Virus record (IMG/VR): IMGVR_UViG_3300032287_003360 | Coordinates: 1-56,893 of that record | Direction: 5' to 3' (one strand) | Length of the DNA stretch: 56,893 nucleotides | Source: a virus | Taxonomy: Duplodnaviria > Caudoviricetes | Shown: one piece after another, positions 1-8,796 of the stretch | Layout: each line of letters starts with the position of its first letter | Position numbering within the stretch: the first letter of the stretch is position 1 | Notes under the pieces: generated by a model | The model's input: only the letters and a program-made list of their open reading frames with translations | Database searches by the model: none | What the model was told of the DNA's origin: nothing | Translations under genes and position numbers: made by a program

Positions 1-123
1 CAATCAGCAGTATACCCTTCGAACCTGTTAATAGTAGAATTATAACGCATCATGCCAGCCGAAGGGCTGGCAGGGCGCTGCGCAGTTGTACCCAAAGGCG
101 GGGTCATAGACTGTTGAGTAGGA
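1..123. repeat. Terminal overlap identical to 56771-56893 (circular contig)
   Basis: Exact 123-nt identity of both ends; an ORF reads through the join. Confidence 0.95.
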
Positions 124-299
124 TCCACAGAAATGGCAAGTTCTTGAGCCGCACCAGCAGCAGAACTATCGCGACCGAGCACTTTACCAGCCGCCATCGT
201 TATATCATGATTATCATTCCAATTCGACGGCTGAATGCGCGTCGAATCGAGTCCGTCAACTTTTGCAGAATTGAACTTATGCTTAACCACAATTGTCAT
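1..299 (-). CDS. 5' part of tail fibre gene (continues into 55681-56770 across the circular join)
   Basis: ATG at 299 with GGAG upstream; MTIVVKHKFNSAKVDG...QQSMTPPLG is in frame with the 398-aa ORF, giving about 462 aa in total. Confidence 0.85.
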   Translation of the reverse strand, partial: MTIVVKHKFNSAKVDGLDSTRIQPSNWNDNHDITMAAGKVLGRDSSAAGAAQELAISVDPTQQSMTPPLGTTAQRPASPSAGMMRYNSTINRFEGYTAD

Positions 300-311
300 G
301 AGATACGACTC

Positions 312-752
312 CTAGGTAACCGTAAAAATACCGTTGGTAGCGTCAAATGCGACAGTCAAAATTTCGCTAGGGGCAAGCGTAATTGCTGTACCATAATCCC
401 ACCATGCAATAACCGGGTTCCCTGCTGTCGTCGCATTGTAGAGAACCGCAAACTGAAACGGGCCAATTGAAATACCTGCCGTGCTGGCCGCAGTTATTAC
501 CGCATTTGAGCTCGAAACTCTGGCAACTCCAGCAGTTGTGGTGGCCGTAATTGCAGCCGTCGCTCCTCCGGCAGGGTAGCCGTTTGCCGTGCCGCTGGTC
601 GTGGAAGCGACTTCGGTCATATCGCCTTTGGCAGACATGTTGGTAGTTGGCTGAGTATTTGTAAGAAAGACCTTGAACGTGTTCGACGAAAAATTGTGCT
701 TACCGTCGATCAGGTCTTTTGTGAACTGGTTGAACTTATTGTAGACGGCCAT
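312..752 (-). CDS. Virion structural (tail-associated) protein
   Basis: 146 aa, Thr/Ala-rich, GGAG RBS, between adaptor genes and tail fibre. Confidence 0.65.
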   Translation of the reverse strand: MAVYNKFNQFTKDLIDGKHNFSSNTFKVFLTNTQPTTNMSAKGDMTEVASTTSGTANGYPAGGATAAITATTTAGVARVSSSNAVITAASTAGISIGPFQFAVLYNATTAGNPVIAWWDYGTAITLAPSEILTVAFDATNGIFTVT

Positions 753-766
753 TTGTTTCTCCTCAA

Positions 767-796
767 GTTACTTTCGAAGTTACTTTCGAAAGTAAC
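767..796. repeat. Chain of GTWAC half-sites at a late gene junction
   Basis: GTTAC-N7-GTTAC-N8-GTAAC. Confidence 0.85.
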
Positions 797-1429
797 CTAG
801 AACCCATTATAGCGACGACGGCGAGAAAACGTCTGCGGAAACCTCCAGCTCTGCGCACGATACACGTTTCCGTGAAGCGTTTCAACATATGCTCTCTGCA
901 CACCAGCTTGAAATTTTCTGGTGTGCAGAACAGACATCTGCGGCGAAGAATACGGTTTGGCAATCTGGCCCATCATCCGACCAAGTACGCCGTCCAAAAT
1001 CTCGATATTGTACTTGCTAAGAACCCAGTCCGGAAATACGGGGTATCCTTCAGCAGTCGTCGGATCTATGACAGTTTTTGCAACAGTCGCGATATAAGTA
1101 TCTGCTGTACTTGGTGCGTATTTGAGAACCAGCTTACCAGGCGTTGGCATATCGCCTTGCTGCTGAATGCTTTGTAGATTCTGCAAGTAAAGCAGCCTGA
1201 CGATCGAACCTCCCTCAGGAACAAGATCGTAAGTGTAGGCGCTCGGATTCTCAAGATACGATGAAGAAGTCGGTTGCACGGCTACCGAAATGTCTTCTGT
1301 CCAGCAGCTCGTCTGCTGAAAGAAATCGTTCATAATCGAAAAGAACTCAAGCTTGAGCACATTATCAAGCGCGCCTGGAAGCTCAATTCTGGCGTTATCC
1401 ATGAGCCGGTTGATGTCTACAGTAGCCAT
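797..1429 (-). CDS. Putative head-tail adaptor / tail tubular A-like protein
   Basis: 210 aa, downstream of the capsid genes; function inferred from size and synteny. Confidence 0.6.
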   Translation of the reverse strand: MATVDINRLMDNARIELPGALDNVLKLEFFSIMNDFFQQTSCWTEDISVAVQPTSSSYLENPSAYTYDLVPEGGSIVRLLYLQNLQSIQQQGDMPTPGKLVLKYAPSTADTYIATVAKTVIDPTTAEGYPVFPDWVLSKYNIEILDGVLGRMMGQIAKPYSSPQMSVLHTRKFQAGVQRAYVETLHGNVYRAQSWRFPQTFSRRRRYNGF

Positions 1430-1436
1430 CAGATCC

Positions 1437-1793
1437 TCATGACTGAATTGTCAGCATCTGCGACGTGAATTTGTTCAAAAACGTCACCGCGCGGGAGTCC
1501 TGAACATTCTCGTCGTCACGAAGTTGTGCCTGCCCGCAGATATAATAGACGAAAGCCACTCTATATTGCGGGTCAATCGAAACAGTTGCAGTAAGGCTGC
1601 CTGCGCTGAAGCTTGGAAGAGATGTCTGAAAAGACCCCTGGAAAAGGTCAGGACGAAGTCTGCGAGCTTCGAGGATGCCCATATTTAGCGCCTCGACAAG
1701 ATCCTCGGTAGGGTAACGGTATGCACCCGAATACGTATCCAAAAGCAACGTCCGAGCTCGATTGACATAATCTTGGACGGTATCAAGGGCCAT
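1437..1793 (-). CDS. Putative head completion/adaptor protein (DUF6682-like)
   Basis: RARTLLLD...RY...L...LN...RRLRPDLF pattern recalled; synteny. Confidence 0.55.
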   Translation of the reverse strand: MALDTVQDYVNRARTLLLDTYSGAYRYPTEDLVEALNMGILEARRLRPDLFQGSFQTSLPSFSAGSLTATVSIDPQYRVAFVYYICGQAQLRDDENVQDSRAVTFLNKFTSQMLTIQS

Positions 1794-1817
1794 CAGTTAC
1801 CTCGAAAAGTAATAAGC

Positions 1818-1840
1818 CGGGGGAGGTTACCCCTCCCCCG
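1818..1840 (-). terminator. Hairpin after capsid decoration gene (possible terminator/attenuator)
   Basis: Minus-strand GC-rich stem (CGGGGGAG/CTCCCCCG) around GTAA, followed by a weak T tract. Confidence 0.45.
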
Positions 1841-1858
1841 AGCAAGTTAGGCGACCTG

Positions 1859-2290
1859 TTAGGCGACCTGACCGACCGCGTAGATCGTGACGGCAGGAGT
1901 GGCAACGTTGGTAATCACAGCGCGGAACAGCCGAGTAGTGGTAATCGGCTGCGCAGCGGTACCAACAACCGAAAGCGTCACGCCCGCGCCCGCAGACAGT
2001 GCCACGGTGCCAGAGCTCGTATGTGAGTTCTGGATTGCCATATCGAAACCATAGCCGACCTGTGCGTCGGGAATGAGTGCGACAATGGCAGCGGCAGTTG
2101 CTGTGACAACAGTCTGAGCAGCGGTCTGACCCGAAAGAGTAAGAACGCCGCCGATCATCTGCGCGGCAGTGAGCGTCGGATTGGCAGTGGTAATCGTGCT
2201 AGCAACACGAGTACCGGCAACATCGGCCTTGTCAGCGATCGTGTTGATCGCGTCGCCAAGGCTAGTCTGGACAGTAGCAAAACGAGCCAT
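1859..2290 (-). CDS. Putative capsid decoration/cement protein
   Basis: 143 aa, Ala/Thr/Val-rich, immediately after the major capsid gene. Confidence 0.55.
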   Translation of the reverse strand: MARFATVQTSLGDAINTIADKADVAGTRVASTITTANPTLTAAQMIGGVLTLSGQTAAQTVVTATAAAIVALIPDAQVGYGFDMAIQNSHTSSGTVALSAGAGVTLSVVGTAAQPITTTRLFRAVITNVATPAVTIYAVGQVA

Positions 2291-2346
2291 GTATCTTGAT
2301 CCTCATAGAAAGGTTGAGGAGGGGCCAAAGCCCCTCCGTTTATTTG

Positions 2347-3348
2347 TTAGGCCCTGGTGATGACCGCCTGAGCCAAGGCGGTGCCGTCGACGACCTGGTA
2401 ACCGTAGACCTGAAGGCCACGGAGGATCTGACCGAAGACGAGTTCCGAACGCATGGTCTCAACCTTCGAAATCTGCGATGCGAAGGTAAGACCGTGGGCG
2501 TGCCCGGCATAGATCGCAAACTCACCAGCAGCCAGGCCACCGGCAACACCGGCAGGCAGGAGGTTGGACGAGTAGATGGTAAAGCGATCGATCATACCGA
2601 TGCGGCCATTACGCAGCGGCGAGATGTTGTCACCAGTCAGGTAAGCCTGGCGCAAATCCGAGAACTTCAGATAAGCGCAAGCCCAGACCGGAATGACAAG
2701 CCAACGGCCATCTTCCGGTATGTTCTGTTCATCGAGCACCTGACCAAGACGCAGAATCAAGTCGAGAATTTCGACCTGACCAGCCGACGGAGAACGAGAA
2801 ACAGTGGCGAGCGGAGTACCCGAAGCGCCAAGGTTGACCGACTGCGTGATGCGGCCCGCCGTGGTTCCGCGATTGCGGACGTTCATGGCGCCGAGAATGC
2901 CACCGAGGACATCGGTATCGACCTGAATTTTGAGCTGCTGAGCAGCGTCATCAGACCAAATCGACAGGGCATTCAGATCGGACTGAATGTCCATGACATC
3001 GTCGAGGATCGTGTTGAAGTACTTACCGTTGCCGATGTACAACGTCAGGGAAGAACCTTCGGGACGCTCAAGCTGGAGCGTACCGTCAGCACGATAGTCG
3101 CGGATAGTAATGGTCGGCTTCGTGCGAATACGCACACGATCGCCCTGATTGCGGATCTCACCCTCATAATCGGTGTTGGAGATCGCAGACAGAACCGTCG
3201 AGGAGTAGAACTTCTCGACGAGCTTACCCGACCAGATTTCAGGGATGAAACCATTGGCCGCGAAAGCGTTACCAGCGCCGCCGCTCGGGTATACCGACGG
3301 AGTCGACACGCCGGTAGCTACGGGAAAACTTGAAGTCGGAATTGGCAT
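2347..3348 (-). CDS. Major capsid protein
   Basis: 333 aa; FIPEIWSGKL, YEGEIRNQGDRVRI and RGLQVYG motifs of P22-coat-like HK97-fold capsids; follows scaffold. Confidence 0.9.
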   Translation of the reverse strand: MPIPTSSFPVATGVSTPSVYPSGGAGNAFAANGFIPEIWSGKLVEKFYSSTVLSAISNTDYEGEIRNQGDRVRIRTKPTITIRDYRADGTLQLERPEGSSLTLYIGNGKYFNTILDDVMDIQSDLNALSIWSDDAAQQLKIQVDTDVLGGILGAMNVRNRGTTAGRITQSVNLGASGTPLATVSRSPSAGQVEILDLILRLGQVLDEQNIPEDGRWLVIPVWACAYLKFSDLRQAYLTGDNISPLRNGRIGMIDRFTIYSSNLLPAGVAGGLAAGEFAIYAGHAHGLTFASQISKVETMRSELVFGQILRGLQVYGYQVVDGTALAQAVITRA

Positions 3349-3374
3349 TTTAGAGGTTCCTTAGAAATGAGTTG

Positions 3375-4460
3375 TCAACGGATGCGCCCCTCACGCTGTG
3401 CTTCGAAGATCTGCGCTTCGAGTTTCGACTTTTCTGCATCTTTGCCCCGGAAACGCCCGGCGGCAGCATCAGCATAAAAGGCAGCGATTTGTGCGCGTGT
3501 GAAGACTGGCTTCTCAGCGGGAGCGCTTGCGCTTGCCGCAGTCTTGGCTCTGCCCGGTGCCGCCAGGTTCTGGAGCGGGACTTTAGGAACCCTGCTGGTT
3601 CCTACTTCCGGCTCCCGCTTGGCGGGTGACGTGGCAGCCTCTTCAGCGAGGAAGCCGTTGAAGAAGGCCAATACGCGGGAGACATTGCCTTGCGCGTATG
3701 CTGCCTTCAGCATTTCATGACGAATAGCACCAGAAAATGGATCTGGCAACCGTAACCAGTCAAGAAATTCTTCATTATTGTTCAATTCCCGCCAGGCGGG
3801 CAGTTTTTCATCGAGCGTATCGAGGAGTTTCTGCTGCGAATCCTGCTGAACAACGCTGTTGACACCAGTCAGACGGCGTTCAAGATCGGCAATTTTGGCT
3901 TCGTATGCTTTGATAACCGGAGCAAGCTCCTCTTTGGCTTTCTTGCCAACTACCTTGAGGAAGTCCTCGCCATAATCGCGAACTTCATCATCGGTGACCA
4001 GCCGTTCGACCTGAAGCTCAGGAACATTGGTCTGCTGGGGTGCGGTCTGCATTGTAGCGATGACATTCTGGAGCCCCTGAATTTGCTCCGCCATCTCACG
4101 GATCTGTTCCTGCGAACGCATATAGCGCCCGTTAACAGAGTTGTACTTGTGCTCCCAGGACTCGGCATCGGGTTTCTTCGACCGAGTTTCAGAGCGGCGC
4201 TCTTGCTGAGTTTCCTGCTGAGCTTCATGCTGAGCTTCTTGTTGAGCTTCCTGCTGAGCTTCCTGCTGAGCTTCCTGCTGAGCTTCCTGCTCAGCCGAAG
4301 TTTGATCGTCATTCTGAAGTTCTTCTCCGTTACCCTTCGGAGTAACTTCAGAGTTTTCTCCCCTGAGCGAATTGACGATTTGCTCGGAACGAGCTGCTGC
4401 GGCACGGACGGCGGCAGGCAACTTGATGTTCGGATCGTCCTGGAGGGTCTGTTCCTTCAC
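3375..4460 (-). CDS. Capsid scaffolding protein
   Basis: 361 aa, acidic and coiled-coil, directly upstream of the capsid gene, C-terminal AQREGRIR. Confidence 0.8.
   Translation of the reverse strand: MKEQTLQDDPNIKLPAAVRAAAARSEQIVNSLRGENSEVTPKGNGEELQNDDQTSAEQEAQQEAQQEAQQEAQQEAQHEAQQETQQERRSETRSKKPDAESWEHKYNSVNGRYMRSQEQIREMAEQIQGLQNVIATMQTAPQQTNVPELQVERLVTDDEVRDYGEDFLKVVGKKAKEELAPVIKAYEAKIADLERRLTGVNSVVQQDSQQKLLDTLDEKLPAWRELNNNEEFLDWLRLPDPFSGAIRHEMLKAAYAQGNVSRVLAFFNGFLAEEAATSPAKREPEVGTSRVPKVPLQNLAAPGRAKTAASASAPAEKPVFTRAQIAAFYADAAAGRFRGKDAEKSKLEAQIFEAQREGRIR
4204..4287. repeat. 12-bp tandem repeat x7 encoding (QQEA)n in scaffold
   Basis: TGCTGAGCTTCC units with minor variants. Confidence 0.9.
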
Positions 4461-4699
4461 TTACTTTTTCCTTCGATTTTGTCCGCGCTCGCTATGCAAC
4501 TGGCCAGGAGGTTATAGAGGTGCGCAGCAGACTGGGCACGTCCTTGGGCTACTGGTAGTGTTTCGAGGGGGGACTGGATGCAGTTATCACGATACGTGTC
4601 GGTATAGATGCGAAGAGCCCCCAAGAACCGTTTCCAGTTCTCAGGGGATGTCCGTGCCAGCCCAGCCGAAGCCAGGATCAGATCGCGGTCAGGACTCAC
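4457..4699 (-). CDS. Hypothetical protein (head module)
   Basis: 80 aa, 4-nt overlaps with both neighbours. Confidence 0.65.
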   Translation of the reverse strand: MSPDRDLILASAGLARTSPENWKRFLGALRIYTDTYRDNCIQSPLETLPVAQGRAQSAAHLYNLLASCIASADKIEGKSK

Positions 4700-4866
4700 T
4701 TTTTACCCTGACCGAAAAGACCAAGAGGCTTGGAGTTCAACCCCTTGCCTCCTTTGGCCATCTGGAGAAAGTTCTGCGTGCCGGGCTTGGTAGAGCCCTT
4801 AGCGCCCTTCTTGTAGTCAGTGCGCTGCGAAGAATCCGAACCGGCACCATCTTTCTTGCTTGGCAT
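4696..4866 (-). CDS. Small Lys/Gly-rich protein (not in ORF track)
   Basis: MPSKKDGAG...MAKGGKG...QGKK, 56 aa, AGGAG RBS, fills the gap exactly. Confidence 0.7.
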   Translation of the reverse strand: MPSKKDGAGSDSSQRTDYKKGAKGSTKPGTQNFLQMAKGGKGLNSKPLGLFGQGKK

Positions 4867-4878
4867 AACAGGCTCCTA

Positions 4879-5250
4879 TTACGCGCTGTAAAGGCTGTCC
4901 CAGGTACCTGCGACCATGCACACGAACATGCAGCTCCTCTGCGCGGCAACGCCGCCAGAAAACGCCGCGTTGACTGCGCCGTTGTTAATGGCTTCGCCGG
5001 TAGCCGGGTACACCGCCAGAGCGCTTGCGCCTTTGTTGAACACAACAATACGCGCGCCAACAGTCGCCGCCGGAAGGCGAACACCGGTAGACGCGGCGAC
5101 CGTGGTCACACGCTGGAAAGTTGTGTAGTCCAGTGCCAGCGCGGTACCCTGAGTCGAACCGGCGGCGGTCAGGCCAGTAACGGTCGACGAAAGGTCAAAG
5201 ACTGCGTTGGGGATATCACTGGGATCGAGAAAGCTTTTACGAACCGACAT
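4879..5250 (-). CDS. Putative virion protein
   Basis: 123 aa, Ala/Thr/Val-rich, GAGG RBS. Confidence 0.6.
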   Translation of the reverse strand: MSVRKSFLDPSDIPNAVFDLSSTVTGLTAAGSTQGTALALDYTTFQRVTTVAASTGVRLPAATVGARIVVFNKGASALAVYPATGEAINNGAVNAAFSGGVAAQRSCMFVCMVAGTWDSLYSA

Positions 5251-5283
5251 TGGCTTTTACCTCACGAAGAAATCGAGTTGAAA

Positions 5284-5625
5284 TTAGATGGGCTTGGCGT
5301 TCGCAGCAGGCGAAAAACCAGCCATGTGGCCCTTGCCGCCGGAAACCTTGAAAGAATTGTCGCTGCCCGAACCAGGACCAACAGACACCTTGCCAGGCTG
5401 AGAAGCGCTGGCACCCCGCTGCTTACCCATGACACCGGTCCTGCCGCCCTTGGCCGCACCTTTGTCAGTCGGAGCAAGGCTCGGGCGGTTAGACATGCCA
5501 GGTACCTGCGGAGCTGCGTCGGATTTGCCGAACATCTTGGTCGATCCGCCCTTGGCACCGATACCGGCGCTTTCGGATTTCACTTTGGATTTGCCCGAAG
5601 GCATCGAGTTTTTGGTCTTCACCAT
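5284..5625 (-). CDS. Small basic Lys/Gly/Ser-rich protein
   Basis: 113 aa, repeated AKGG motifs, GAGG RBS. Confidence 0.7.
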   Translation of the reverse strand: MVKTKNSMPSGKSKVKSESAGIGAKGGSTKMFGKSDAAPQVPGMSNRPSLAPTDKGAAKGGRTGVMGKQRGASASQPGKVSVGPGSGSDNSFKVSGGKGHMAGFSPAANAKPI

Positions 5626-5634
5626 GGTTTTACC

Positions 5635-5907
5635 TCAGTATTTCTTGCAGGAGAGTTGTTTGCCCTTACCACTTACCATGGTTTGGGCGTTTCCGTCCTC
5701 CTGAAACTTGGGGAGGTAGGAACTTGCTTTTTTGCCAGAGGACGAGGAACCACCCACGGCTTCCTTCATAGCCCTCGACGGCTTGTATGGCTTCGGTTTC
5801 GGGATGTAACTCTTGCGCGGTTTCTTCATGCCAAGGTTCATCCCAGGTCCTTTAACCTGCCTGACGGCGGACTTCATACCTCTGGATTTTGTGAAATCTT
5901 TCATCAC
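5635..5907 (-). CDS. Small basic Lys-rich protein
   Basis: 90 aa, overlaps the portal stop. Confidence 0.6.
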   Translation of the reverse strand: MMKDFTKSRGMKSAVRQVKGPGMNLGMKKPRKSYIPKPKPYKPSRAMKEAVGGSSSSGKKASSYLPKFQEDGNAQTMVSGKGKQLSCKKY

Positions 5908-7988
5908 GAACCCCCTGAAATATTAGTACGCGGCCCCATGTCGCCGGAAGCACCAGTGCCCTGCTGCCCACCCTGCGCCAGTGCAGCCTGCTCGCCCAGA
6001 CCCGAGTGGCCAGGAATACCCTGCTGCTCAGCCTGTATAGCAGCCATCTTCTGCATGCCGTCAAGCTCATCATCAGATGGTACGATCTGCTCGCCTGGCA
6101 AGCCGATCGTCTGTGCAACGTTGCGAAGAATAGCCGCGCGACCCTTGGGACCAACGATCTGCGCATCGATCGGGTTGGCCGTGATCTGAAGAAACTCAAG
6201 CTGACGAGCACGTTGGGTTTCTTTCTGCACCGCGACAGACACACCCAGAACGCGGACTTTCTCCTCACCAGTCAGCATGCCCGACTGATCAGTGAGCATG
6301 ACCATGTCGTAGAGCGCACTTAGAAGCGGATCAAGAACATCACGATCGATGTTCGCCGCAACTGTCTGGAGGATCTTGGACGCATTGCCCATGAGCATTG
6401 CAAGCCCTGAAGCCGTGCGCCCTGCGCCGCCTGTAGCTCCAGACCCAGCAAGATATTTCGGTATGGCCGAGAGCTCATCGGCCATATCCACAAAACGCTG
6501 GTAAACCCCCAGCAGTTCCTGCGCGTTCGAGTTCGGCTGGAAGAAACTCACCGGAGGGGCACTGTTGTTACCCATCGGATCGCTCTGGACGTGCCAGCGC
6601 TTCCATGGATAAAGCTGCTCGCCATCTTCGTCGTTGGAAATCCGATCATCGTTCACAACGACCTGCGGACCTGAAGATATGCTCAGGTTGTTGATCAGCG
6701 CGCGAAGCGTAGCGTTGCTCGCCTCCTGCACGTCGTTGAGAATGTCGGGAAGCCCGTTACCGACAGGGGTGCCTGGTACCTTCTCAAAGCTGGTGATGTA
6801 GTAGGGGTGCCGTTTCCTCGGCGAAGGCGCCATCTGAACCTTGATGACATAGTTGCCAACCAGCCATGCCTGCACAAAGTAGTCCCGCAGCGGGTCCGCA
6901 ATCAGATCTTCTTCCAGGCCATAATCAAGCAACATCTGGCCCTGAATATTGCCTGTGTACTCAAGGCAGTTGATCATCCCCGACTGGTTAAGGCTCGGGT
7001 TTTCGCGGGACTCCTGTACGGCGCGCTCATTGTCAGTTGAATCCCAATTGTCAGCCAGACCTCCCTGGCCATACAAGCGTAGCACTTCGCGCAGGGCTTC
7101 CTGATTGTAGCCCGGCAAATCGAGCAGGTCATTGAGATCGGCCCTCGTAAGCCTCGTGCGCTCGATTATGGCCGCATCTTCAATGTCGCTGACGCCGGGT
7201 GTCCACCAAATATCGAACGGTGAAATGCGCATCCAGGTGAGACGCGGCATCTGCTTGACGACCGCTTCGTTGCTTTCCCAGATAACCGTCGGAACAATCC
7301 TGACAACAGGCCCTTTGATGCACGCAAAGGGAAACAGAGGAAGATCAGAGATAAACTCAGCCAGCGCTTTATAGAAGCCACCCTGTTTGAGAAGCTCGTC
7401 AAGCTTATCCTCAGCGACGCGCGCCTGATACCCGACTTTCTTCTTGGCAGCCTGGCGGGCAGCCTCAACAAGCTGCTGAGTACGATCGCGAATAGCATCG
7501 ATGTCAGGAGGCTGACCAGCACCAGCGAGCCCGGCAATCTCCGAAGTCACCAGCTCGTTGATCGATTTCATGATGTCTTCAGGAATTTTCGGATCGTCAG
7601 CAGGATCGAGTCCCCATGGGCGATCCGGGGAGAGATACACGTCCCGCAAAAGCGAGCTTGCTCCCCGGCATTTCATCGCGACGACACGGGCATAGATTTC
7701 CGAACCGCCAAACTGCTTGATCTCGGTTAGCTTGGCTGCGTCATATTGTCCATTGAAGACCCGCAATGCATTGAGGAGCCGATCTGACCAACCTGAGTAC
7801 GTATTGGACCGATGGCGCTTCATCTGATCAAACTCTCTGCGGATGTACCCCGCAAGGTTTGTCATCACTTCAGATGAAGAATTTGCTGCATCCTTGGCAG
7901 CAGCCATCTCTTCGTCACGCGCCTTGAGGGCAGCGTCAAGCTCGTTAGGACCGACAACGCGCAAGACTGCGCCCAATGCTTGTGCCAT
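5904..7988 (-). CDS. Portal protein
   Basis: About 694 aa from ATG 7988; RISPFDIWW, GNGLPDIL and GRTASGLAMLM motifs of podovirus portals; first gene of the head operon. Confidence 0.88.
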   Translation of the reverse strand: MAQALGAVLRVVGPNELDAALKARDEEMAAAKDAANSSSEVMTNLAGYIRREFDQMKRHRSNTYSGWSDRLLNALRVFNGQYDAAKLTEIKQFGGSEIYARVVAMKCRGASSLLRDVYLSPDRPWGLDPADDPKIPEDIMKSINELVTSEIAGLAGAGQPPDIDAIRDRTQQLVEAARQAAKKKVGYQARVAEDKLDELLKQGGFYKALAEFISDLPLFPFACIKGPVVRIVPTVIWESNEAVVKQMPRLTWMRISPFDIWWTPGVSDIEDAAIIERTRLTRADLNDLLDLPGYNQEALREVLRLYGQGGLADNWDSTDNERAVQESRENPSLNQSGMINCLEYTGNIQGQMLLDYGLEEDLIADPLRDYFVQAWLVGNYVIKVQMAPSPRKRHPYYITSFEKVPGTPVGNGLPDILNDVQEASNATLRALINNLSISSGPQVVVNDDRISNDEDGEQLYPWKRWHVQSDPMGNNSAPPVSFFQPNSNAQELLGVYQRFVDMADELSAIPKYLAGSGATGGAGRTASGLAMLMGNASKILQTVAANIDRDVLDPLLSALYDMVMLTDQSGMLTGEEKVRVLGVSVAVQKETQRARQLEFLQITANPIDAQIVGPKGRAAILRNVAQTIGLPGEQIVPSDDELDGMQKMAAIQAEQQGIPGHSGLGEQAALAQGGQQGTGASGDMGPRTNISGGS

Positions 7989-8077
7989 GAAAATAAAATC
8001 CCGGCTCTCGACGATCACCCCCTAAATACAGTATGATGGGGGTGGAATGCAACTACTTATCTTTGCGGAGACACTAT

Positions 8078-8557
8078 ATGGCTGATCTTTCTGAAAAGCG
8101 AGCGGGTTTTATCGAGGTGACAATGTTGAAGCTCGCACGCGAGATAGCGATGGACATTCGCCCCACCGAAGAAATACTCGAAAGCCACGGTTTAAGCACT
8201 TCAGAATGGGAAAAAACCCGCGAAAACCCCTATTTTCAGGGCATTTTGAAGTCTGAAATCGAGGCTTGGCAGAGCGCTGGAAACACCAGCGAGCGGGTAA
8301 AACTCAAGTCCCTGGCCTTCGTAGAAGAGGCTCTGCCCGAGTTTTATGCCCGCGCACACGACCCCAAAGAGCTATTATCGGCAAAAACAGATATCTTGAA
8401 GACTATTTCAAAGTTTGCTGGTATCGGTGGGTCGAATTTCGATGCTGGCGTCATGGGGGAAAGGCTTTCCGTGACCATCAACCTGGGCTCTGACCAGACC
8501 CTGCGCATCGAAAAAGACATTACTTCGAAAGTAATTGACCATGAGAGCGCAGAATGA
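8078..8557 (+). CDS. Putative terminase small subunit
   Basis: 159 aa from ATG 8078 (GGAG RBS); helical, with C-terminal VTINLG; upstream of TerL. Confidence 0.65.
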   Translation: MADLSEKRAGFIEVTMLKLAREIAMDIRPTEEILESHGLSTSEWEKTRENPYFQGILKSEIEAWQSAGNTSERVKLKSLAFVEEALPEFYARAHDPKELLSAKTDILKTISKFAGIGGSNFDAGVMGERLSVTINLGSDQTLRIEKDITSKVIDHESAE

Positions 8558-8796
8558 ACAACATCGTAAAGTTCTACCCTAAAGACGCTGCAAAAAACCC
8601 TGACAACGTACTTGAGCAGGCTGTTGGAATCTATGATCAGGTGCTTGTTATCGGATACAACAAAGACGGCGGACTTGATGTGCGCTCTTCTCTGAACTTC
8701 CTAATAAAGGACATTTTCTTCGCGATCGATGAATTCAAGTTCAAAGTCCTCAACGGCGAATACGGCCACCGCCCCGAAGAAAAAGACACCGAATGA
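8554..8796 (+). CDS. Hypothetical protein
   Basis: 80 aa, ATGA overlaps on both sides. Confidence 0.7.
   Translation: MNNIVKFYPKDAAKNPDNVLEQAVGIYDQVLVIGYNKDGGLDVRSSLNFLIKDIFFAIDEFKFKVLNGEYGHRPEEKDTE

Noticed and set aside
1-123. Biological direct terminal repeat
   Set aside because: It falls mid-gene in the tail fibre, which is more consistent with assembler overlap of a circular contig
1847-1870. 12-bp duplication TTAGGCGACCTG at a gene end as an att site
   Set aside because: Adjacent tandem copy with no integrase; likely local slippage
2296-3333. 345-aa plus-strand ORF
   Set aside because: Antisense shadow of the major capsid gene
4372-6189. 605-aa plus-strand ORF
   Set aside because: Antisense shadow of several coupled minus-strand head genes; no RBS or motif support
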